64,000 bases of DNA from Promethearchaeota archaeon. GTDB taxonomy: Archaea; Asgardarchaeota; Lokiarchaeia; Sigyniarchaeales; SOKP01. Positions within the stretch are counted from its first letter, which is position 1. Every line of letters starts with the position of its first letter. Below are positions 29,807 through 39,674 of the stretch, in pieces. The position numbers were made by a program, and so were the translations under genes. The notes beneath the pieces are model-generated. The model was not told the DNA's origin and ran no database searches. It saw nothing but the letters and a program-made list of their open reading frames with translations. Location of the stretch: NCBI GenBank assembly GCA_029838195.1, contig JALGVJ010000019.1:1-64000 (forward strand). The letters run 5' to 3'.

Positions 29807-30379
29807 TTAATACTCTATAAATTTCTTTCTTTTATAAAAAACATGGCCCAAGCTGACACCTCCTAACAATCCGAATAAATGGGCCCATAAATTAATACCC
29901 GGCGCAAGAGACATTATTAAAAAATAAATTATGTAGAGAAATGCTAAGAAAATAAGAGAACGATCGTGGTATATCGTTAAAATAAAAGAAGCACCAATGA
30001 GACCAAAAATCGCCCCTGAAGCACCAAGACTTATCGTGAGGGGAGGAAGGAGGATGAGCGAGAAAAGATTACCAATCACTCCAGAAATTAAATATATTGA
30101 GAGATATTCTAACTTGGAAAAATTATTTTCAATAACGATTCCAAAGAAAAATAAGGCTAGCATGTTGGAAAATAAATGAAAAATATCAGCATGTAAAAAC
30201 ATCGCAGTAAAAAGGCGCCATATTTGACCTTCTTGAATGATTTTATTGTTAATTTGAGCAAAAAAAAGCAAGTATTGGACATCTACGGCTGAAAAATAGA
30301 TGAAACATGAAACGTTAAGAATTAATAAGAGGAGCGTGAGTCTTGAATTTTTTAAGGATTTTTCATCCACGACAAACAT
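29807..30379 (-). CDS. Rhomboid intramembrane serine protease
   Basis: WRLFTAMFLH, HLFSNM, GASGAIFG, AHLFG. Confidence 0.95.
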   Translation of the reverse strand: MFVVDEKSLKNSRLTLLLLILNVSCFIYFSAVDVQYLLFFAQINNKIIQEGQIWRLFTAMFLHADIFHLFSNMLALFFFGIVIENNFSKLEYLSIYLISGVIGNLFSLILLPPLTISLGASGAIFGLIGASFILTIYHDRSLIFLAFLYIIYFLIMSLAPGINLWAHLFGLLGGVSLGHVFYKRKKFIEY

Positions 30380-30498
30380 GGTTCATTTAAAAATAGACCC
30401 GATTGTTAATCTATAATAGTAAAATATATTAGAACATGTTATTTATAGTTGTTTAAAAAAAGATCTATTTAAAAATATAGGAAGAAGATAAATTTTCC

Positions 30499-31719
30499 AT
30501 GAGCATGAAAGATTTTTACAAAAATAGGAAGAAAAAATTAATCGATGCATTGGTAAGAAACGAGATCTTGAAAGACAAGCGCTTGATAGATGCCTTCATG
30601 GAGGTTAACTTAGAAGATTTCATCGATAGACGATATGTCAATCCCATAAATTTATATGCGGACGTTCCTAATTTGTTCTATTTCAAAAACGAGCAAAATT
30701 ACCGGACTATCTCGGCTCCGCACATGATTTCTATCATGCTTCAAGGATTAGCATTGGAAGAAGATGATGATTTATTGATTTTAGGGGCAAAAAGCGGATA
30801 TATAGCAGCTTTAGCTCATAAATTGGCGCCCAAGGGAGAAATTTATATTCTTGAGGCAAATGCCGAAATTGCTAAAATTACTGAGAATAATTTAAAAAAA
30901 ACAAAAAATGATGAAAGGATAAACGTTATAGTAAAAAATCCCTTAGAAGGAATGCCAGAGTTGAGTCCATGGCAGAAAATTTTAGTCACGGGAGCTATAG
31001 AACAAGACCGAATTTATCCATTACTCTGGCAATTAGATAATGAAGGCGTGCTATATGCTCCAATTGGAAAAGAATACATTCAAATTTACACGCAAATCAT
31101 GCGGATTAGAGATGATTTTTACGGTAAAAAGCAACTCCAAGTAAGGTTCACGCCTTTAATGACACAATTAGAACTTGACGAGTTAGAATTAATAACAGAT
31201 TTCAATGAAGTTAAAATCATCGATGATCCTCAAAAAGTCGAAAACACTCTTGAAAAGAAACAGGAAAAATACATGAATAAAATTAACATTAAATACGCTC
31301 CGAATATTTTTGATGATATTAGTCTAGAGGAGGAAGAAGGGATAGAAACGCTTACTACAAACCAACTAGCGAATATTGTTTCAGATCTTGAGGAAATCAA
31401 ATCTCAATTAAATAATCTTAAAAAATCGAAGGAAATTCGATCGTGCTTTTTATGCATTGATGAGATTGAAAAGAGGATCGAACACTTAAAGTTATATAAA
31501 AAGATTTTTGATATAGGATTAAAAAAGCTTCAATATCATGTAAATCAAATTATAGGATATAATCTCAATCGAAAAGACCTTGAAAATCAAGATCTAACTG
31601 AAACTGAATTTCTTGAGAAGGAAAAGGAAATCTTCCAAAAACAATTAGAGTCAGTTTCAGTCCTTCAAGACCTTGTTAATAAGGAATTAAAGAGGTTAAA
31701 AAAGTTAAAAAATCTTTAA
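30499..31719 (+). CDS. Protein-L-isoaspartate O-methyltransferase-like protein with long C-terminal helical extension
   Basis: TISAPHM, LILGAKSGYIAA, ILVTGA, QL...GVLYAPIG, VRFTPL. Confidence 0.8.
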   Translation: MSMKDFYKNRKKKLIDALVRNEILKDKRLIDAFMEVNLEDFIDRRYVNPINLYADVPNLFYFKNEQNYRTISAPHMISIMLQGLALEEDDDLLILGAKSGYIAALAHKLAPKGEIYILEANAEIAKITENNLKKTKNDERINVIVKNPLEGMPELSPWQKILVTGAIEQDRIYPLLWQLDNEGVLYAPIGKEYIQIYTQIMRIRDDFYGKKQLQVRFTPLMTQLELDELELITDFNEVKIIDDPQKVENTLEKKQEKYMNKINIKYAPNIFDDISLEEEEGIETLTTNQLANIVSDLEEIKSQLNNLKKSKEIRSCFLCIDEIEKRIEHLKLYKKIFDIGLKKLQYHVNQIIGYNLNRKDLENQDLTETEFLEKEKEIFQKQLESVSVLQDLVNKELKRLKKLKNL

Positions 31720-31974
31720 GATTGGATTTAAGTATTTAATATTTTTAATTTTTTTTAGATTTGGATGAATTTTCGAGAATTTTTTTCCTCATCATATTGA
31801 ATTTGATTTATTAAACCTAAAGTGAATAAAATTTTAATTGGGAAAAAATAGCGCTAAATTCTTTTGAATGTTATTTTTACTTGGGGAAATTTTTTAATTA
31901 CAGCAAAATACAATTTAATAAAATGAACTTAATTATTTTGCTAAAAAATTTTCCTGAATGAGAGAGCTTTAATT

Positions 31975-33063
31975 ATGCCTATCATGATGAACGCCAAGGA
32001 ACGGTATCTTGCAGTTTTTGATGATGATAAAAGAAAAAAGTTGGAGAGGGTTCCCACTTTTGTTCAATATATCCGTGAAGAATTTATCGCACTTCATCAG
32101 AGAACATTATTAGAAAAGTATAAAGGAATTGTATTTAATAATGCTTATTTTGATGTCCCTATGATATTGGGTTTTGATTCTATTTTTTCTCCCTTTCCCT
32201 CAAGTGTCAAATTTAGAGCTCTAAAAATCATTCCACCGGGAAGCGAGGAGATAAAAATAGGTTTAGATGGGGAGCCCGTAAAGAAAAAAAATACGTATTA
32301 TCAAGGAGGATACGTGTGGAATCTTGATGTGTTGGATGAAATGGAGAGTAATTTAAAAATTATCGATAATAGCGAATCTATTAAAAAAGTCTTGCGCTAT
32401 CATGAGAAATTATCACCAAAAATATTTCCTATATTAAGCGTCGATGGAATTTTTGATAAAGCATGGAGATCCATGGGAATGGGTGTTTTTAGCAAGCATT
32501 TTAGAAAAAATTCCAAATTATATCAACGCGTTATAAAATTTTATGCTCAGATTCTTGAGATTAATGTAGAAGGCTTGTTAAACACTCGAAGTACAAAAAA
32601 TTTAGTTCTCACGATATTGGATGACATTGCCTATAAGGGAAATTTAATGATATCACCTGCAAGATGGAGGAAAGATTATTTAAAGTTATATAAGAACATT
32701 ACTTCTATGATACAAGATGCTGAGATGATCCCCCAGATTCATTCTGACGGGGATGTTACAGAGATCATACCCCATTTAATCGAGGCTGGCTTTCGTGGCT
32801 TGCAAGGTTGGGAAGGAGGCTGTAATCCTTATTACATTAACGAAAAATTTCCGGATTTTGTAGTGATTGGGTTTGGTGATGTGAGCTATATTCTTCCCCA
32901 TGGAACAAGAAAAGAAATTGAAAATCACGTGAAGATGTTAATGGACGCATTAAAAGAGAACAGACATTTTATTATAGGCCCGAGTACCGTTATTTTTAAA
33001 GAAATTCCCCTTGAAAACGTGAAATATTTTATTGCTGCTATTAAAAAATATGGAAGATATTAA
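31975..33063 (+). CDS. Uroporphyrinogen decarboxylase/MtaA-like family protein
   Basis: MNAKER, DDIAYKGNLMISP, HSDG, FIIGPS, IPLENV. Confidence 0.85.
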   Translation: MPIMMNAKERYLAVFDDDKRKKLERVPTFVQYIREEFIALHQRTLLEKYKGIVFNNAYFDVPMILGFDSIFSPFPSSVKFRALKIIPPGSEEIKIGLDGEPVKKKNTYYQGGYVWNLDVLDEMESNLKIIDNSESIKKVLRYHEKLSPKIFPILSVDGIFDKAWRSMGMGVFSKHFRKNSKLYQRVIKFYAQILEINVEGLLNTRSTKNLVLTILDDIAYKGNLMISPARWRKDYLKLYKNITSMIQDAEMIPQIHSDGDVTEIIPHLIEAGFRGLQGWEGGCNPYYINEKFPDFVVIGFGDVSYILPHGTRKEIENHVKMLMDALKENRHFIIGPSTVIFKEIPLENVKYFIAAIKKYGRY

Positions 33064-33206
33064 AAAAAAGCTAATTTAATAATCGTTTCAAGAAGAAGTT
33101 ATATATTCAAAGATGAGTTAGAAGTTCGAGGTATCTGAGGGAACTAAAGATGATTTTTCATTTACACTAACGTGTACTTTTTGAGTTATTATCTAAGAGG
33201 AGTCTA

Positions 33207-34532
33207 TTATTTGGTGGGAAGCAGAATAATAACTTTACTCCCCTTGGAATAATCTTCTTTTATTCTATTTTCTACCCAGATTTCGCCTTTGTAACTTTCA
33301 ATAATTTTTTTTACGAGCGAAAGGCTTAATCCTGTCCCTGTAATTGATTTTTCTTTCAGCGTTGCTCGTTCAAAAATTTTTTTCTTAATCGCATCATGTA
33401 TTCCAATACCGTTATCACTAATTTCTATTTTTTGATATTTTGAATCATTAATAATTATTTCATGGCTTTTTGCTGTAATTTCTATGATTTCATTTTTATT
33501 GTGAATTATTGCATTATTGAGAATATTTTTAAAAACATCAAATAGGAGTTCATTTGCTTTTACAAGAGTTTTTTCCGCACCATGTTCAAGCGTGATTTTT
33601 AATTTCTTATGGGGATATTTCTTTTTTATCAAATCAATTGATTTTTTTAGGCATTTCCAAGCATCCATTTCTTTTAGAGGATATTCTTTTTCATCCATTT
33701 CCGATAATTTTTTTATGTTATAAACTAAATTTGCAGCTCGATTTATTTGTCCATGCACGAGAACAATTAAATCAAAAAAATCTTTTTTATCTTGTAGATC
33801 TTTCCCGTAGATAGCAAAAAGATCCAGCGCAGATTGAATGCTCTGGAGAATATTATTTATATCATGAGTAAATAAATCCTTATAAAATTCTGCTCGATTA
33901 TAGGATGTTCGAAATTTTTCTTCTGATTGGTGTAACTTGCTTTCGGTAGGCGCTGAAAGACCTGTGGCTAAAAGTGAACCACCTAACATCAATTTCATGA
34001 AATAAGCGATTTCCCACATTCCTTGGATGGAAAAATTATGCAACACGGAAAAAAATAAGGTTAAAAACGTAAAAATTTGAGCAAGCAAGAGAAAAAGATG
34101 AGTAATGGATTTTATTTTTAAATATATTTTTGTCATAAATGCCATCATTATTAAAATATAGAGGAGAAACGGAATTTGAATAAAATTTATTAAAGCGACG
34201 GAAAAAATTATAAATATCACGGGAAATACTCTTTCATTACCATTATAATGAGTCTCCGGAGATCCTCTATTATTAAAGAAAATTTGATAATATTCTTGAA
34301 AAATAGACGAGGAAAGAAAAAGTGCTGAGATGAAATAAAAAATATTACTAATTAAGCGATAAATGCTATTATAATACCGAAAGATGAAGATTATATTACC
34401 GATCGTGAAAAAAATAGATGTAAAGAGCCATAATAAAAGAAAATTGCCTTTTTTATATAAAACGATAAAAAGACCAGAAATTATTGCGGTGTAAACCGCA
34501 AAAATAATGTCAATAATATTCTCATCAAGCAT
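33207..34532 (-). CDS. Membrane sensor histidine kinase
   Basis: N-terminal TMs, H-box FTHDINNILQ, NILNNAIIH, DNGIGI, GTGLSL. Confidence 0.92.
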   Translation of the reverse strand: MLDENIIDIIFAVYTAIISGLFIVLYKKGNFLLLWLFTSIFFTIGNIIFIFRYYNSIYRLISNIFYFISALFLSSSIFQEYYQIFFNNRGSPETHYNGNERVFPVIFIIFSVALINFIQIPFLLYILIMMAFMTKIYLKIKSITHLFLLLAQIFTFLTLFFSVLHNFSIQGMWEIAYFMKLMLGGSLLATGLSAPTESKLHQSEEKFRTSYNRAEFYKDLFTHDINNILQSIQSALDLFAIYGKDLQDKKDFFDLIVLVHGQINRAANLVYNIKKLSEMDEKEYPLKEMDAWKCLKKSIDLIKKKYPHKKLKITLEHGAEKTLVKANELLFDVFKNILNNAIIHNKNEIIEITAKSHEIIINDSKYQKIEISDNGIGIHDAIKKKIFERATLKEKSITGTGLSLSLVKKIIESYKGEIWVENRIKEDYSKGSKVIILLPTK

Positions 34533-34869
34533 TTATTTCACGTGTAATGATTGAGATTAGAATTAAGCCAAAATGATTTTAACGATTTGATTTTTCAAAC
34601 ACACCATCTATTTATTAATGTTATTTTTTCCTTATATATTCATTTTTTAGGACTTAAAAAAAATTACCGGAACTCTTTAAATGAAAGGAATTTAAACACT
34701 TACCTTAAAAATTTTCGTGAAAGTAATTCTAAATTTGAATAATACAGATTTAAGAAAAAATCTATAAAGAATGGCTAAAATTGTTATTTTCACATTAAAA
34801 AAAGAGATTAAAAAAATTATTTGCTTTATTTTTTGAAGAAAATATAAAAAAAGAGAAAAAGAGAAAAAT

Positions 34870-36978
34870 TTAATCATATTTACTTTGAAAATCTTTTATT
34901 TTTGCTAAAACTTCATCTTTAAAATTCCCGACGATAAATTTAGCATGTTCTTTAAGTTCTTTAGCATATTGCATTAGTTGGTGTAAAATGGGACCTGGTG
35001 GGAACTTATCGCGTTTTTCCTCAATTAATTCCGCTAATTTATGCCCTTCAATGCCTTCTTCAACTTTTTTTATGAGTTCATTGAAGATATCATTTAAAAT
35101 TCCTTTCTTGAATTCTGGAACAGAGGGTTTTGGAATTTCCTCTTGGGGAGCCGCTTTTGTTGCCGTTGGTTCTTCTGCCATTGTGACGCTTTCTCGTCCT
35201 TTAACAACCACGTTAGGTTCTGATCGAGGATATTCACCTTGACCTGCGCACGTATAATGAAGATTTATGGTTTCATTTCCTTGTAATTCTTTTATTTTTA
35301 TTTCTAGTTCTTTCACGCCTTCCGTTTCTGTCATTTCATATGGAAATTCGAATTTTGTTTCTGTCAAAGTAAATCCGGCAGGGATGACATCTCGAACCAC
35401 GATATTTTCTAATTCTATTTCTCCTTTATTTTGAAGTCTTATCGAGATATCAAATTCTCCTTCATTTATACCCGGTTTAATGCTTTTTAGAGTTTTCAAT
35501 CTTCTTTTAACGTATTTTATTCCAATAACAGGTTCTTCTGGGGGAGAGATCACGAATTCTTTTCCTTTTACAGGGGAGTTTGCCTTAATTACTACCGGTG
35601 TATTATATCTGGATTCGGGCTTAGGATTTTTAGCTTTTAAAGGATAAGTCATTAATAATTGAGAGTTGGAAGGTAGTTCTTTTTCCATGTTTCGTAATTT
35701 TATAGTGATAACATGTTTTGTGTCTGGACTGACATCATCAGGATCTATAGAGATTTTTTCTAAATATTCAGATCGTTCTTGGCATTCTTTGACTTCCATG
35801 GGGTTTTTTACAACTAGTTTTATGTCTGGAATGGAAGGTGGAATGAAATCGGCGGGAATTTCATCCTCAATTTCAAGCGAATCAATGGGAGCCGTTCCCT
35901 TGTTAAAGATCGTATTGGTTATTTTCATATCAGTATTAGCATAAGCGGCTACTTCTGGTGGTTCAATCGTTTTCGTAATTTCGGCGCTGAGCACTGGATA
36001 ATAGGTTGGCTCTTTTTTTATTACTCCAATTACTCGGGTAATGACTTTAAATAAAGGAGTAAAGCTGACTTCGGATTCCAATTCAGGAACGTTGGGACTA
36101 TCAATGTTAAAATCGTGAGACCACGATTGATCGGGGTTTAATTCGAGATTTGGAGATTCTGACACGATTAATTCTGCGCCCGTCGGAATTTTATGTGAAA
36201 CTTGAACTTTTTCCAATCTGACCTTGAATTCAGAATCATTAATGAATTCAACTGTACAATCCCACGTGCCCGGGCGCGCTCCTTCATCTCTCTCAACCCC
36301 ACTAATGGAATCCGTTAATCCGCGAATCAATGGATTGAACATGGTGAGAATCTTGTCATTAATAAGATATTCTACGGTTAATGCGCCAAGAGATATATCT
36401 TCTCGTTCTGTTGGATTGACATTTAAGTGGATTTCGAGGTTTGCTTTTTCTCCGGATCCTAAATTATTAAATTCCCAAAGAGCTACTCGCTTTCCTTCTT
36501 GTTCTTTGATTTCTGCGGCTCCATAATTCGGGGTTTTTAATTCTATTTCTTGAAAAATCTTGGGAAGTTCTCTCGTTACTTTTACATCTTCGATGGATTT
36601 ATCAAGAGGATTGCTAATGGTTATTTTTAAACTACACTTATTCACGTTTTCATAAAGAAATGTATCATTAACCACATTCATGATTTCCCTTTCTACATCA
36701 AAAACTTCTTCTACTTTTATCGAAGGCTCTTTTATTTTTTGAATTTGATATTCCTGTTTAAACTCTTGACCGGGATTAATTGTTCCTATGTTCAATACCT
36801 TTGAAATATTGGTATTTACGGTTTCTTTTAAATCGCATGTGAGGTTCCATAATCTACTTTTATTCGTGGCGTTTTTCACTTGAAGGGTTCCATTGCATTT
36901 GATCGATTTAATCTGCTGCTTAGCATCGAGTATTACGTTTTCATTATCCGTTATGTCTATAATAATAAATTCGGACAT
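34870..36978 (-). CDS. Cytoplasmic multi-beta-sandwich protein: N-terminal mu-homology-domain-like region, DUF11-like repeats, helical C-terminal domain
   Basis: No signal peptide; repeated N(K)G...I..D.IP.(G)F motifs; N-terminus resembles the AP mu C-terminal domain by eye. Confidence 0.6.
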   Translation of the reverse strand: [702 protein letters not shown]

Positions 36979-37155
36979 GCTTCTCTTACCCTAATCTATT
37001 TTTATTAAAAATAAGGTTAATTTTTCTTTAAATACTTAATTTATTTTAAACATGTAATATTAATTCATTAATTTAAATCTAATGATATAGATAATCCTTT
37101 CATTTTATTATTATTGAAGCATGAATGTGATTTGAGAGAAAAATCTTGAATAAAC

Positions 37156-38001
37156 GTGAAAAGAATTATAAAGCTCATAAAGAAGTTTAATATTTTGATG
37201 CAAAAGGCCGTAGAGGGGCCTAATTGCACAGATCCTGCAATTTGTAAAGGAGATTGCTGCTCTATTGAAATTGGAGTGCCTAAAGCATTTGCGAAGATTT
37301 TAATTAAAAAAAACCTTGCGAAACCGAGTGATTTCATCCGAGACAATGTTTTTAGTTTTAAATTGCGCTTTGAACCCAATACTGGTAAATGTTTCTTATT
37401 CAATGAACAGTTAAATGGATGTTCTATTCATTATTCGGGTTTAAAACCTCCACAGTGTTGGATTTATCCTACGGGGTTTTCTCAAGATACTAAAAAGGAA
37501 ATATCTTGTAAAAAAATTAAAGGATGGAGAATTGTATCTCCTAGAAAAGCAAAAAAAGCTGAAAAATTATTTTCAAAATATTTAAAATATTGTAAAAAAG
37601 AAGCACGAAAGGAACTGGAAAATATTGAACATAGGATTGGTAAACTTGAAAATAGCGAATCTAAAAGGATTTATAAGAGCCTTCAGCAAGAATTAATGAG
37701 ATTTCCCCCTAGCCAGATTGCGGGTTTTCGGGATGGGTGGTCTTCATTCAACCTTCTCCTTGCAGAAGGATACTCTTTACAATTAAAAAAAATTTGTGAA
37801 AGCTATCATTCTTCTTGTCCTATTTTACATGATAACTTCTTAAAATGTGCTCATGTTTGTCTAAAGGTTTCAACTGTGATTCTAAACATTTTATTTCAGA
37901 ATTTGCGGGATTTTATTTCCAAAGAGGGAATACCACCTTCGGGTGAATATCCTTTTTATTTATTATTTAAATATGTGAATATGAAAAACAAAAAAGAGTG
38001 A
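37156..38001 (+). CDS. YkgJ-like cysteine-cluster protein
   Basis: C...C.GDCC, CFLF....GCSIH, KPPQCWIYP. Confidence 0.75.
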   Translation: MKRIIKLIKKFNILMQKAVEGPNCTDPAICKGDCCSIEIGVPKAFAKILIKKNLAKPSDFIRDNVFSFKLRFEPNTGKCFLFNEQLNGCSIHYSGLKPPQCWIYPTGFSQDTKKEISCKKIKGWRIVSPRKAKKAEKLFSKYLKYCKKEARKELENIEHRIGKLENSESKRIYKSLQQELMRFPPSQIAGFRDGWSSFNLLLAEGYSLQLKKICESYHSSCPILHDNFLKCAHVCLKVSTVILNILFQNLRDFISKEGIPPSGEYPFYLLFKYVNMKNKKE

Positions 38002-38159
38002 GATAAATAGTACTGGTTTTTTATCGGGACTTTTTTTTACAACATGCTCAATCACGATAAGATAGAATATCTTCTGGATAATACATGTTCTTAAAATATA
38101 TAATAGTATTAGTATAAATTGTATTTGAAAATATAATGAACTAACATAATTTAAGAATC

Positions 38160-38528
38160 ATGACATTAACAATAGATAGAACCTTGAAAGAATTGACCAG
38201 ACTCACGTTTTCACGAGAATATAATTATTTAGAGGGGCCTCATAAAATTAGGGGAAAATCAGGAAAAAAGTGGATTTTTGATGCCCTCATAAAAAATACT
38301 AATTCTGATAAATATGGGGTGTTTGTAAGAGATTGGAAAAGAGAAATTTCAATTACTCAGTTACGTCAATTACATAAAGCGTGTTTAGATACGAACATGA
38401 GTGGAGGCATTTTAGTGTGTAATTATATTTCCGAGTTTTCAAGGGACTATAGTAAACAATTTGGAATCCAGTTATTATCGAGGGGAGAAATGATTTCGAT
38501 TTTAAGGAATCGGCAAATTGAAATTTAA
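38160..38528 (+). CDS. Mrr-like PD-(D/E)XK domain protein, probably degenerate
   Basis: GKSGKKWIFD, VFVRDW, GGILVCN, FGIQLLS. Confidence 0.7.
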   Translation: MTLTIDRTLKELTRLTFSREYNYLEGPHKIRGKSGKKWIFDALIKNTNSDKYGVFVRDWKREISITQLRQLHKACLDTNMSGGILVCNYISEFSRDYSKQFGIQLLSRGEMISILRNRQIEI

Positions 38529-38599
38529 ATAAACAGTCGCCGACTATTCAAAACAATTTTGGATAAAATTAGACATGAACACAAAAATAAAGGTCTTAT

Positions 38600-39673
38600 T
38601 TAATAAATAGAGATATTTAAAAATGATAAAAATAAGAGCAGTGCAATACCGACTCCAAATGGATTGAGTATATTATCTTGTAATTTTATTATACTCGTGA
38701 GCATGTCAATAAAAAAAAATGTAAAAGAAGCGATAAGGGAAACCATGATACTTAAAGAGAGAGACCACTGCGAATAGCCCATCACATTGGAAAATAATAT
38801 GGCTATAAATGCAGAGAAGAAACTAAAAAAAAATCCGGAGAGATAGCCTTCTATCGTTTTATGTCCATTTTTAGGAAAATAATGATTTTTATGTGAATAT
38901 TGTATTCCAATAATAGAAGACATGGCATCCGCAATTGAGCTTATCAATAGAATGATAAAAAAAATGGGAAAACTAAAAAAAATAAAAGGTCCAAAACTAA
39001 ATACCATTACAAACGTGCTTGAAAACGTGTCTAATTCGTCCGAATATAATCCTGCTTTACACAATTTAACAGCAAAATTTGGCATGTAATTAAATGCTAA
39101 TAATCTTATAAGATCTTCCAACAAGAACGCTAATGCAAAATCTATTCCAATAATGATAATTATAAAATAGGCATAATCCCGCCAAGCTCCTTTTAGAATG
39201 GGTTGTAAAAAATAGCAAATAAGAATAATAACTATTACAACTGCTCCAGGAATGAGATGGGAATATTTACGCCTTATTGTATTTTTTCGATCATAATTTT
39301 CCAAAAATTTCTTGCAAAATTGCTCATAACTTTGAAAATCTTGAAATTGAGGGGGATCTTTTCTAGTTTTAAATTTATTCAGAAACCCAAGTAAAATTAT
39401 AAAGATAAATAACCCGAATATACAAGTATTGCCGATTATTATAAATTCTTCAAGAGCAGAACCTAAAAATACTCCCTGATGCTGATCGGCAAATTTTAAG
39501 AGCATGAAAGGATATAGCATGCCAAATCCAAGTGTTAAAAGAACGTATAAAATTTCATTAAATTTCTTGACTCGTGATTTTCCAAGCAGACTCCATGTCT
39601 TTATCACGTGATAACTCATGAATAGCACGAATATGCCAAAAGTGATAGGTACTATAAATAGTGAAAAATTAAT
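38600..39673 (-). CDS. Polyprenol/dolichol/diacylglycerol kinase family (CTP-dependent) membrane protein
   Basis: RRKYSH, ADAMSSIIG, KTIEG, DNILNP. Frame is open upstream of GTG 39628 to ATT 39673. Confidence 0.82.
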   Translation of the reverse strand: MNFSLFIVPITFGIFVLFMSYHVIKTWSLLGKSRVKKFNEILYVLLTLGFGMLYPFMLLKFADQHQGVFLGSALEEFIIIGNTCIFGLFIFIILLGFLNKFKTRKDPPQFQDFQSYEQFCKKFLENYDRKNTIRRKYSHLIPGAVVIVIILICYFLQPILKGAWRDYAYFIIIIIGIDFALAFLLEDLIRLLAFNYMPNFAVKLCKAGLYSDELDTFSSTFVMVFSFGPFIFFSFPIFFIILLISSIADAMSSIIGIQYSHKNHYFPKNGHKTIEGYLSGFFFSFFSAFIAILFSNVMGYSQWSLSLSIMVSLIASFTFFFIDMLTSIIKLQDNILNPFGVGIALLLFLSFLNISIY

Positions 39674-39674
39674 T

